Source: Laetmonice hystrix (lineage: Eukaryota). Taken from it: a stretch of DNA of 64,000 bases. The stretch spans positions 11,904,001-11,968,000 of the forward strand of contig OZ249441.1 in assembly GCA_965235115.1 (NCBI GenBank), in the 5' to 3' direction. A program made the translations under genes and the position numbers. The notes under the pieces are model-generated. The model was not told the DNA's origin. It did no database searches and saw nothing but the letters and a program-made list of their open reading frames with translations. Shown one piece after another: positions 39,065 through 51,300 of this stretch. Position 1 is the stretch's first letter; each line of letters opens with the position of its first letter.

Positions 39065-42000
39065 TCAAGCTGTTGCTGTTCCACTGTGACGTAAAGACAA
39101 TGCCTTCAGGTCCTTCATGCACTGTGAAAGGCTCTCCTTCTCCTAAACACAACAAAAAAGGGCTTTTTCATATATGGATGGAATATAACTATTGTATAAT
39201 GTATGTAGATTTTAAATAGTACTTTTTCAAATAGGCAAAAAGTTTTCAAGCACTATCCAAAAAAATAAAAAATAATTGGGCAATGTTTGATGATCCCTAA
39301 GGGTGAGATGTCTTTGAACCCTGGATATGTGTGTATAGCTTGACTGACCTGTTGAGGAGTAATCCCCTTCATCACACCATCAACGATCCAGTTGACCATA
39401 TGTTCCTGTTCAAAGCTACGCTTGGCAGCCTCTGTTTGCACCTGGTAGTCCTGGAGGTAGATATGATACACCAGAGTTGTAAAGTTTTTATTTTCTTTCA
39501 GACTGCACATAAGTGGAACACAGAACTATTTTTATAGTCGTACATGTTCTGAATTTTTAAGTAAAAATATCGGAGCTGGTGTAAATTGTTTATAGTTATC
39601 AGGTACTTGCCAGACGTTTTTTAACAGCGCTGTAGACTTCATTAAGCTGACTGCGGTAGGCAGCTTCCAGCTGAAGGTCAACATTCTCACGTTTGACTTC
39701 AAAGATGTACTTCTGACCTTCCTCTCGCCACTGGTTCAATTCCATATCAGTAATGGCCTTCTGGGCTCCAGCCTTGGCCGCATTCAATGGTTCATACCAT
39801 TTCTTCTCATGAAAGGTCTAGAAATCAACATGAAATTCTCAGGTAACCACAAATTTACTTTTTTCTCCATGGTAACTAAGTGCCTGAACTCTCATGGTTA
39901 AATCATGATATGATTATTGACTACATTATACATACCCTTAAAATATCCGGTATTTTCAATATAAACATTTCTGTCTCAAGGTCAGTACTGTGGTAATAAA
40001 AAATATAATCAAAAGGTTGCAAGTTCATTTTCTTGTTAACTTACATCAAGAGTTTTGTCAAGGTAAGCACCAATTCCTGGCCCAAACTTCTTTATCAGGA
40101 TAAAGACTGCAGCCCAAAAGGATATGAACTCTGTGAAGCCATGTTCAATGATCCACAACTCCTTGGACAACCAGAAGGTGATAACACCAGCACCCAACAT
40201 GTACGGACCTGTGTACACAAAAGTTTCGAGTTGGATGATAATGTAAACATGGATTTTCAGTCTGCACAGGAATACCGTCTGCTCAGAATATTTCAAGCAT
40301 GGAGTATAAATGCTCCTAGGACAAGACATAGCTACATGTGACAACCTCACAATAACCACACATCTGTCTGAGTACAAGCAAGACTCACTTAATCAACTCA
40401 TAAAGTTAACAGAAGTGTGTGATGACTCCAGTATTATACCTGTAACTCCTGTCTTGGGATACAGAGCAGTAAACCAAGACTCAGGGAAAATACCCATGCG
40501 TGTCGGCGGTGTCTTCTCAGGATGCTTCGTTATGGGGAAATTCTTTGTATCACGTTCTGGGCCATAGTATATGCTGTTGGCCTTTTCCCAGTTCTCAACG
40601 TGTTTGGCAATCGGTATCTGACTACTACAGGCCCTGGCCAATGCAGCAACTACCCTGTTACCAAAACAACATAAAGTTTTTGTAGTCATGCAAAGAACTT
40701 TTACAATTGTAATTTTCTCCCCTTAACTGCTTCCCTGCTGAAATTGGAGACCTGATTTAGAGAGCAAACATATTGATAAAACATGGGCAGGAAAGAGTGT
40801 GATGGTCTAAACTGATATTCTCCACAGAAATTTAGGTTCCATGTGCTCAACTTCTCTAGATGTTTAGAAGTTATAAAACAACATTTTGAGCCACATGTCA
40901 ACTTCACATTGGTGTCATGGTTTGACAACTATATTTATGTATGACATATATGGATTCTAACTGATTAGATTTGTTGTAAGTGCACTTTTAAAGGCATCAG
41001 ATGCAGTAAATGCTACTTACTGTTGTTGCACAGCAGGCCTTCCCAGGATCTGCCCAAAGGCACCTGCAGAAAAATGTTGGTAATTATGTCAAAACCTTTT
41101 CTCTAATTCCTGTAAATATTGGCTACTGTAAAATTCCAGATCCAATGAAGAATCTGTTTATTTTTACCTGAGGCTGCAAGGCGCAAAATAATACAGAAAA
41201 TTTGACTAGCAAAATAAAAGTTTGATTAGCAGATAGTACTAAATTATACTGAACATTTTGGAAAATGATTAGCAAAATGCATCAGTTGTATAGCAATTTG
41301 CAATGCGAAACAGGTTATTTTGCTGCTTGGGCTGTTATGCTTGGGATGCTAACCACATACAAATGTACTTTAATTCTTTTGGACCTTATGACTGGACTTG
41401 GGGGATTTTCTTGATTGTGAATTTGTGATTGGTCCAATAAATGTCAATTCACAAACAAAGCTGTGTAGCAAAAAGACAGGGGTGCATTTCAATAAGGAAA
41501 GATGTCTTTGCCAAAAGAGTCTTTCAAGACCAGTGTTAAAGAATAGAGTGTCAGGCCTCAAATTAGAAGTTGAAAGGGGCACGGCAAAAACTGCCGTCGA
41601 TACATAAGAATCAAAGCCAGATTTTTCCAGGGCACAGCGGCAAATTTACCATACATGGCAGGGCTCGAAAAAACCTACGTCCGATCGTCCGAGACGACTA
41701 GAATACCGTATGTCTTTGGGCAAGTAAAATTTAAGGTTTGTGTAGTATGTCTTAGTTACTACTTGCCCGAAGGGCAAGTTCGGGCAAATAAAACTGATAG
41801 ATCTTTTTCGAGCCCTGCATGGAAAATGCACGATGGCAAATGCCGTCGTGTAATTCGAGGCCTGAAGTGTTATGGAAACACCACCAGGGTTGGACAAATT
41901 ATTTTACGAGTCACTGGCCAAGGACGAGTAACTCAGAATATTTACTGGTCCTGCTCTTGGGTCCACTGGTCCAAAACCCCACAATTTCATGGAGTGTTTA

Positions 42001-43105
42001 TGGAAATGTTAAGATTGCCATCATCATTGCCATTACAGGCCACATACCTCCAGCATCCTTGGAGGATGGAGTTTTGTGACCTGCTACATGCCTGGCACCA
42101 GGTCCTGACAGATACCACCTGTCAAGGACAGTAGGTTTAACCAAGACTGGGCAAGAGTCCGTCGGACTACCATTGATATATTTTCCCAAGTCCGAAGCAA
42201 TAATAGGCAGGTCCCGGACCTCGGGCTAGTGGATTTGTCCAACCCTGACCACGCCGCCGCAAAGACTCTTTGGGTTTAGCGAGGGTCTCAAAAATTGTTT
42301 TGGGCTTCATAGAAACGCACCCCAGATCTGCGCATTTTGCACCTCAGTCAAACTAGCTCGATTTATGCCAGTTAAAGAAGCCTAGTTCAGCGTGCGACTA
42401 TATCGTGGCAGGACACCGGCAGGTCAACTGCTTGCTGACGGGACTTGGTGCATCCAAGTCCCGGCCAGTGATGGCGCCAAGCCGGGTAGATGGCCGAGCG
42501 GAATGTACGGTACGGCGGAAGCTACTACAGTACTACGCCACACCGGGTATTAACGACGAGCGTTGACCTTGGTGCTGGGGTGAGAGTCACTCAGGGACAG
42601 GCGACTTGACAAAGGTGCAAGTTTGTATTAGGTGCGAGTTGTCTCAAACCCCTTTGCCCGGCTTGGCTTGGGTCAGTGGGTGGGTTGGGGAGGGAGTCCT
42701 CAACATGTTCAACTCAAGTCAAGCCTAACTTGAGTCAAGCCAGGCCACATCCATTGAAAATCCCATCCCACTCTGACTGACTAGTTGACTTAGAGTCTTG
42801 ACTGAACTCCCTAACTGACTAAGCAGTAGACCTAAGTGACTTATTCCTTCTAAAGTTAAGTTATCCTAGAACTAACTTCACAACACAACCGCAACACTTG
42901 ACAAGACAAGGTCACACGCGATCTACACAAACTTAGTTACTCAACTGCCTACAAAAGCACAACTGGTATGCGCCCATTTACCGCCGCAAGTACGCATATA
43001 ACTTTTGAAATAACTGGATCAAAGAACTGAGAAATAAGTCATGAATGACCATTATTAAATGCGCATGGAAACGGTACCTGAACGAAGTGACAGCCTTGAA
43101 AACAT
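39065..43105 (-). CDS. ATP5PB: Mitochondrial ATP synthase peripheral stalk subunit b, 278 aa
   Basis: complement(join(43078-43105, 41021-41063, 40440-40654, 40045-40208, 39611-39817, 39349-39450, 39065-39142)). Presequence MFSRLSLRSG; motifs FPESWFTALYPKTGVTGPYMLG, LSKELWIIEH, ENVDLQLEAAYR, VKKRLDYQ, EQEHMVNWI, ITPQQEKESLSQC. One GC-AG intron. Confidence 0.95.
41177..41329. mobile_element. MITE, CAAGGCGCAAAATAA family (copy 2), 5-bp TSD
   Basis: TIR caaggcgcaaaataa / ttattttgctgcttg (2 mismatches); TSD GGCTG/GGCTG. Confidence 0.7.
41552..41864. mobile_element. MITE with CAGGCCTCRAATTA TIR, interrupted by a nested MITE
   Basis: TIR 41552-41565 / 41851-41864 (13 of 14); flanks gagtgt / aagtgt (5 of 6, possible 6-bp TSD). 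Confidence 0.65.
41659..41817. mobile_element. Nested MITE, CAGGGCTCGAAAAA TIR, 5-bp TSD
   Basis: Perfect 14-bp TIR; TSD CATGG/CATGG; internal hairpin acttgcccgaagggcaagt. Confidence 0.8.
41885..42247. mobile_element. MITE, CAGGGTTGGACAAAT TIR, 5-bp TSD
   Basis: Perfect 15-bp TIR at 41885-41899 / 42233-42247; TSD ACCAC/ACCAC. Confidence 0.85.
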
Positions 43106-43470
43106 GCTCTGACAGTCGTGGGGCAACCACCTCGTCCTTCCCTTCAATATGGCGGCCACCGGGCTTCCTTTTCTTGCCTCCAAAGCTACATAGTCTCGGC
43201 TGTTTATCGTTTGGGAAGATCGGTTTTTTATGTGCCTCCATACCCAAACTGTATATCTTAAATAATATATTTAAAATATATATCATGTTAGTTAATTAAT
43301 TAACCATCACTGTCTGTTTTTTATTTACGGAGAATCTTTATTAGTAAACGGATCTAGGCCTACGTTTTAGTAGGTAACTCATGCCAGATTTTTTTAGAGG
43401 CAGGGAACCATCCTCTCCCTGTGAGAGATTGGCAGGGAACCAGCCAGAACAGTGTGCCCCCTGGTGAGTA
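43106..43470. promoter_or_regulatory. Probable bidirectional promoter ATP5PB / JIP exon 1a with a YY1 site
   Basis: YY1 consensus AANATGGCGGC at 43146-43156, ~40 bp upstream of the ATP5PB ATG; divergent candidate exon from 43592. Confidence 0.5.
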
Positions 43471-43591
43471 ATGCTCAAACTTAGGACACCTAGCGGAACT
43501 CTTTGTAGGCAGTAGCCATCTCCTCCGTGTGAAACTGAAAGCAGCATCCATCGAGAGCCAGCTGCTGGAAGATGATGACAACCAGCAGGAG

Positions 43592-43677
43592 ATGGAGTTC
43601 GCGAGGCCCACAAAAGATGATTTGAACGAAAAATGTCGGACATCTTCGTTTCATTCGTCGCTCACTTCTTCATACAG
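43592..43677 (+). CDS. MAPK8IP1: Candidate alternative first coding exon of JIP (MEFARPTKDDLNEKCRTSSFHSSLTSSYR)
   Basis: Open frame 43472-43677, ATG in gagATGG context, donor gtaaat in phase 2, which supplies the R of RLTHDISL at 47481. Confidence 0.45.
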
Positions 43678-44862
43678 GTAAATCTGCATTAGGCCTAGTC
43701 TTTAGTTTTTAAATTATTCAATGGTTCAGTTCTTCATCATCCATCCTGCGCATTTCCACCCGAGGCCCAAGGCCAAGGAACTCTAGGCATAGATCTAAAT
43801 GGGGCCGCTAGACCTCCAGAGGCACATTGTTATGTGCCTCCTGCTGTTTGACGCGGCGACAGAGTGCCAGTGACTCACATCTGGATGCCTGCCGGATGAT
43901 GTGGCCTTGCTCAGTGCTCGGACAGCCATATGTACGCCAGTCCTACGATCGAGGCTCTTCCACTGAGCTCAAAACAAGTTCAAAAAGCGACCGGCCTAGA
44001 CCGGGTACAGGCCGACGGCTATGGTCGCCCACCGGCCACCGATTAGCGGTGCAGAGACTAGAGGGTGGGGTGAAAGCCAAGTGGGAGGCGCATCGATCTA
44101 TATTATAAGCCCCATCCTCCCCCTTAGCTGCTAAAAAGGCCTATAGTAGCCTATAGGCCTAGGCCCCTAGGTCTAGGCCTACTAGGCCTATATTATAGGC
44201 CTATAGGTATCCTATACTATATGCCTGCAGACTGTACCTATAGAGTGGATATGTTGGAATGGAAGAATAGCCTATACACGTATGTAGGCCTACATATGCG
44301 CCGTATACCACTAGACATCTGAGAGAGATCTCCGTAAGTTATGCAATATATGTGACCCCATTTACAGGGTCCCTCTACGTAGGCAGTCAGCCCACCCTTC
44401 TATACTATAGTCTGTTTGGGACACCTCAGAATACTATCTTCACACGTTGAGCACTACTAGAACACGATTTCACTGTCAGTTATATTTTCGGGGGGCTGGT
44501 TGCATGGGTTGACCTGGATGGACATCATCATATTGTAGGCTACTGCTAAGCAATCCATCCCGCGACTTGAGGCCGGCTTAATATAGGCCTATATTTGCAG
44601 CTTCCGGCCCAGACGACTATGCAGACTTGAACTGTCTGCCTCAGAGTCAGAGCAGCTTGAACAGTTGATTGGAAGTGGGTTAATTTTATAGTGCCCGCAA
44701 AAGGGGAGTTTGGACGGAACCCCTCACCCCCCCCCCCCCCCCCCCGGCGACACCCATGTTGGGTAGGCCTAGTAGAGTCTGTTGTGACATCATCATGTAG
44801 CCTATGCATGAGTTGTACGCTAGCTGTAGGCCATACCGTGGTCCAGTGTACATACTCGCATG

Positions 44863-45050
44863 TGACGTCATCGGCGAGCATAGAGCGAGCCTGCGGCCAA
44901 GCACCTTTTCCATATACTTCTTACGGGGCTGGCGCGCAGTTTTTCAACTGGTGCGTGACAGCGGTAGAAATTAGGCCTAAAGATTGTTCTTGGCTTATAG
45001 AAGAGTGTGTGACTGTGAGAGGGAGTCAACGGATTTCTTCATATATAAAA
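44863..45050 (+). promoter_or_regulatory. JIP proximal promoter: CRE plus TATA box
   Basis: Perfect TGACGTCA at 44863-44870; TATATAAAA at 45042-45050, ~230 bp upstream of the candidate start. Confidence 0.5.
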
Positions 45051-45216
45051 TCCGACGGAAGCATGTAGAGGGAGAGGAAGTAGAAGAGAGAGTCTCTTAA
45101 CTTCGCCAGTGTTTTAGTACCAGTGCAGCGACTAAAAATACGTGAAATATTAGGGTGGCCCTTGTCTTTAGAAATAGGTAGACCACTGAAGGTTGTGACA
45201 GGGTCTTACCGCCGCC

Positions 45217-45322
45217 ATGGAGCCAAGTACAGACTGGAGTATTGATCGACAACAGATCATGACCATGCACAGACTGCATGGCTGGCGGGAGCATCGCAGT
45301 GATGGCTCGTATGGGGGCGGCC

Positions 45323-45374
<52 letters not shown>

Positions 45375-45378
45375 ATAG
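45217..45378 (+). other. 53-codon upstream/overlapping ORF encoding poly-Q16
   Basis: gccgccATGG (optimal Kozak) at 45217; MEPSTDWSIDRQQIMTMHRLHGWREHRSDGSYGGGL-Q16-E*; stop TAG at 45376-45378. Confidence 0.5.
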
Positions 45379-48300
45379 GTTATGAAAATGTCTGGTTCAT
45401 ACATTAGGATGTGGGAGTGGTGGGAGTGCAGCGATTCTGCATCTGTTCCTTTCTGCTGCTGGCGGTGCCACTGAAACTGAGCCTACATGGTGACTGAATG
45501 GCGTGAGCCCAACCATCAGCACTCGGAATGTGCCATGGAATGGCTGCTAGGAGCAAGTCTACTTCCTCTCTAACCATCACCGGGATCTTCTGACAGGAAT
45601 GGCCTGATGTCTGTGTGCTCAAGATACCTCGAGGCGGAGCCTTAGGGCATAAACACCCTTAACGGTGTGACAGTCTATTGTGGATTCGTGAGGATAATTA
45701 TTTGCAGAATGTGAATGGGAGGTTTGTGATTGTAGCCTACTTGGACATATCAAGATGTCTTCCGTGCAGTGTATCTCTGCCTACCCTCAGCGTTACAAGT
45801 AAGTCTTTACTTGACCTTACAATACGTTAATGGACCTATACTCGCTGATTGACATTTACAGCGACATTTCTGACCAGCTCCGGTCAGTTTCGACATACTG
45901 TAGTATTCCGTATGTGACGTGCTACCAAAGGTTATGGCCAGCTGGAATACAACAGCCCCACGAGAAGGTTTAGAGAACCTGAGGATATACTGAAATAACT
46001 AACGCCGTTTTAACGATTCACTTAAATGTAATGCTAGATGTTTACAACAATGTCACCTTACGGAAATGTACCAAGGAAATACCAAGACATTGAAGTATTT
46101 ATGCTGATACCAAATTTCACGGTGACGTAGATGTAGATGACACTGCCTTGTGTGGGTGGCTCCAGATCAACACGATTTGAGCACATTCGCTACAGCTACA
46201 GTACGTGTCTGGCGACCATCAGGGTTCCATGTAAATCCTATTCACTGTGTGTGTCAGTTTGTTGTCAGATAAATCCAAATGCTAATGTTCTATTCACAAT
46301 ACACAAATGTCAAAAATATGACCTTTTTGAAATCAACACAACATTGGCTGTGACATGTAAATAATGGGTATTTTAATACGTCTTTGGCATTCTCTGCCTC
46401 TTCGGTGTGAAAGTTAAAGTTATGCTATTTGATGATGGAATCAGAACAGCGTGGATGGTAATATTTCACTAATATCATTAAACATGACACATTGAACGCC
46501 AGTCCGATTAAATAGTGACCAGCCTCATAGGTCAGCTGACTCCTATTTACGCACATTCGTTCCTATTTATAAACAAACGACTGATGATCTTCGTTCGTTT
46601 AAACGGTTATTTATCATAACATTGATGCCACTGTGACTTCATAGATAAGGTTGCCGACATGAAAGGCTAGATTAGGGGGAAAAACTAAAGGCTACCAAGT
46701 CGGAGCATGGATGTGGCTTTTAAAATGTGTTGATGCTGACATTAGATTAATGATCATGACTCACGCTGTCTCCTCCTAGAAGTTAATTTAGGTTAGAATA
46801 TTTGTCGTGGTATTTTAAGCATTCCTTGCGCACATGCTAAAATGCTAAAGCGGGAATCATCTGAATTCCATTTCAGCGGAACTATAACAGGGGGATTAAT
46901 ATCGTTTTAAAATATTAAAGCGTAGATCTAAATGAATTTCAGGTGAATCCGCATATAAAGGTAACAAATCCTGTTGAAACATTGGCCTTGGCCTCAGCCC
47001 CTATAAAATAGGTCTTGTGTCTCTTTGAAAGCCTTGAAAGTGTCTAGAAATATGAGAAAAACACCCCGTGCAGCCATTTAGTTACTGTACTTTAATTTCC
47101 GTTCTACTTCTAGTATGTGTGAAAGAGAAATCCTCCAATTTTAGAGATGTGTCTACCTATAAACAAAATTATTACATATTTGAAAGCATTTATTAATTCA
47201 AATGATGCTTCGACAATGAGAGTTTCCAGAAGTGAAATGGGTGCTTGATGTTAAAGAAAGGTTTCTGTGAAAATACTATGCAAATTTAAGTTGTTCAGAT
47301 AAAAAGCGGATGGGAATCCTGCCTAAAATGAAAAATAGGCTATACTTTGGCACCAACTTTGAGCGGGAGCATAAGAATCAAATACCTCACAGGAAAGATA
47401 GAGACAACTTTACCAAGGTCTGACTACATGTTGTGTAAGTAGAGTAGACTGATTGAAGATCATGTTTTGGTATTTTGCAGGTTGACCCACGACATCAGCT
47501 TAGACAGCCTGAATGACATCGACAATGATATAGCATTGACACCAACGACCAATGGTTACCCTTCATGGATCACAACCGGTCCAAACCACGGTCCAAACCA
47601 CAGTTTAGATGTAGCTGACAACCACTACACGAGCTCAGTGATCAACGCCAACAATGTTCGGAATACTGACGCCCACGGTCAGTCGTCCTCCTGGGTGAGT
47701 CGTAGTGACTATACGAGAGCTGGCCCGAACCACGCTGAGTGCATCTCGGATTATGCTGGTCGTGGCTGTTACCATAAAAACACAGAATGCGAAAGTATAC
47801 GGCGATGTGAACCCTCCGACTACCGAGAGGGTGTGAAACGTAAGGAAGCTCATCCAGTTCAAGAATATGCTGTAGATAGTGGCGCGGGGCGGCGATGTTA
47901 CACAGCACAAAGTAGCGTTGAGGATTTTGACTTGACTGGTCGGCAGCAGACTGCCGAAATCTCCGCAGATGAAGCGGAGAGAGTGAAACGATGCCACTCT
48001 CCACACGGAGCAAGGAAAGGGACAGAGACTCCTCCTGGATGTTACTCGTCGCAGAGTTCTGTGGATGAAGCAGAGACCACCAGGAAGCGCTATGTTCCGT
48101 CAGCGTCTCTTGATGACGAGTACAGCAGTACCCAGCGACCCCTGAGTCGGTCATCTCAGGAGGACGATGGTGGTCCGCCACACGTGTCCCGACAGGACAG
48201 TAAGGTATCTGATACCAGTTACAGTAATGAGAGCAGCCGGCGCCATTCAGAGGTAATTACTTTAAACTTTATTGGATTTTCTTGGTCAAGGCAATGTTCC

Positions 48301-51300
48301 AGTTATACCTTATAGTTAGTCCACACAGATCATTGGGCTTTTTGGGTTGAGGATTGCTTAGGCCAGACCTGTGGCAGACATCTATGGTGAAAATGTCAGT
48401 GTTTTCCCCCTTCCTGGAATCGTGTTCTCCACTAGACGAACCACGAGAGTAATTCTGATTCAGCTTGAATGGGTCTTGCAAATATATTTGAGCATAGCAG
48501 CAGAACCTTAAATTCCACCAGAATGCACCCCGCCATCGTGTTGCGCTAGGTCCTGGTTATGATGTTTCGAGAATTTCTTGTTCCAGGGGAGAACCCTGTG
48601 ATTCGTGAAATAGGCCTATCTGATTGTCCGTTGGAAAATTGAAATTTTACTGCCTCCTGAAATGATAACGAAGGTGTAAAGTCTGCAATGGTGAATCTTG
48701 AATAGGGGTTAGTTTATTTGATAACCCAGGTGTTCCAATCATGTATACACGTGTGCTCGATTCTACCCGGCTTCTGAGAAATTTTGTCCACTGAGAAAGT
48801 CTGTCCTTGAGGCAGGCTGCACACAATTATCGATCAGTCCTCCTCACGTCCTAAACCTACATTTTGTCATCTATGTCGTCATTTTCTACCTGCCTGCCAT
48901 TTCCAGAGATATTACAGGACTGATGTCTGCATGATTAGACTTCCCCTAACCCAGTTAATACATGCGAGGCGTGTGACACCAGAGATGTTTGAAGAAATGC
49001 GATTGAATTCTTGATAGGACAGGAAGTGTGCATAAAAAAACATGTATTAGACGTATTTAAACCATGTTTGTCTGTTTGTATGGCAGCGCTACCATGGTGT
49101 AAGGATCAATGGTAGCCGAGTCAACGGCTAGTCATGGATTCATGTCAGTGAGTGCTGACGATACTGTCTGATCCCAGTCATTGTGCAGTGCTCTCCTCCA
49201 GGTCAAACTGCTTGTTCCATGTATGAGGGAATGGTGGTTTCCTACATGTAAACTCTCAGTGGAAGTGTGCGAAGAAATACTAAGAAAATAAGAAAGCAAA
49301 TGGAAATATTCCACAAGTGAAAACTTAGAGGCCTTCTAAGCGCTGTCATATACAGAAAAGAGACGGATGACTCGGCTAGCACCATTTTACTGCTTTTATC
49401 AGATCAGCTTTCTAGAAAGCTTCCCCATTTTGGTATTTGCCAGCAGCAAGAGGCCCACAGCTATGGCAGCTGAGGATCTTAAACTTGTTTCGTCTATTTG
49501 CCATCCCAATGCGCAGACTTAATGAGTGTTTTATCAATGGTTGCCTCCCAGCCATGAGCATCCGCTTGTCCTGAAATCTACAGCGGAAGCAGTCAGGCGA
49601 TTCTTCAAATTACAGATCTTACTGTCGACTGCTCGGGGCTGCAGTCCCGTGTTATCAGGTACGACCAGGAGGCCTCGCTGCACGGATATAGTGCAGCCTG
49701 GCCAGGGGAGAGCAGGGCCAGATTAGTGTAGACTCCCCTATGATAATGTCAAGCAGCGCAGTGTATTTGGTATACAGCGAGGGCCTCTCATTCATGGTCT
49801 ATATGCCCAATCAGGCAATTGAAGTACTTTCTTGGCTATTTAATTGCAAGATACAAAAGCACAGGGTAGAGAACCTTTTTCGTTGATAACTATATGTACT
49901 CGTAGAGAGAGACAAGGAAAGAAACCTATTAAATATGTCAAATTTGAACAGCATTTTGATTTCTGAAGAAATGAAGTAGTTAAATAGTGGTCTGAAATGT
50001 TTGCGCCAGATTTAACTCTTCACATACTACTAATGTGTCTGCCTGAAATCCCTGCAGCAAAGGCAACTCTTCACATACTACTAATGTGTCTGCCTGAAAT
50101 CCCTGCAGCAAAGGCAACTCTTCACATACTACTAATGTGTCTGCCTGAAATCCCTGCAGCAAAGTCAACTCTTCACATACTACTAATGTGTCTGCCTGAA
50201 ATCCCTGCAGCAAAGGCAACTCTTCACATACTACTAATGTGTCTGCCTGGAATCCCTGCAGCAAAGGCAACTCTTCACATACTACTAATGTGTCTGCCTG
50301 AAAATCCCTGCAGCAAAGGCAACTCTTCACATACTACTAATGTGTCTGCCTGGAATCCCTGCAGCAAAGGCAACTCTTCACATACTACTAATGTGTCTGC
50401 CTGGAATCCCTGCAGCAAAGTCAACTCTCCACATACTACTAATGTGTCTGCCTGGAATCCCTGCAGCAAAGTCAACTCTCCACATACTACTAATGTGTCT
50501 GCCTGAAATCCCTGCAGCAAAGTCAACTCTCCACATACTACTAATGTGTCTGCCTGAAATCCCTGCAGCAAAGTCAACTCTCCACATACTACTAATGTGT
50601 CTGCCTGAAATCCCTGCAGCAAAGGCAACTCATACTACTAATGTGTCTGCCTGAAATCCCTGCAGCAAAGTCAACTCTCCACATACTACTAATGTCTCCG
50701 TACCGCCCGGTTGAGGCAAGATGTCAGCTCCATGTTTGTAATATATTCGCTCTACCCCAAACATTCCGACGAGTAGCAGTTCGTGTCTGTCCTATGCAAC
50801 TAATCATATAGCTAGTCGGTTCCATCCAATGCATATTTTATAACCTGTGTATCCTGTAGGGAAAACTTCTACAATAACGTTTCTTCATTTTCCGAGCATT
50901 ACTTTACTTTATCATGATGTGATTCATGTGGTCCAGCGCAGAATAAAGGCCCATGGAATACGTACGTTTCAGGACCAATCCATAAAGAAAGGATTTCTCC
51001 ATTTCTCCTGCCCATTGAGACAGTAATGATTCCGGTTATGGCACTGCTATATTGATCACACCCTCGAGCGTAAGCCATGACATTACCAGTTGAAGGTTTA
51101 TGGTGGCAGAGGTTTCCAGTTTGTACATGACTGATAGCAATGAGGACCTATTGCAGCCTCTATCATAGGTGTCTTCTGCACGACTTTCTATTTTCTGAGT
51201 TATAAATGTGTAATGAATTTAGCTTTTTTCTAAGCTCTATTCTAAATGCCTGGCCTAAACTTTTGGTGTGACAAGTGAGCATCGTAGACTCACTAGATTC

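Noticed and set aside
42483-42560. tRNA-like start GGTAGATGGCCGAGCGG
   Set aside because: A-box-like only; no B-box, T-arm or acceptor stem follows.
45168-45404. Minus-strand poly-Cys ORF
   Set aside because: Antisense reading of the CAG tract; no independent gene features.
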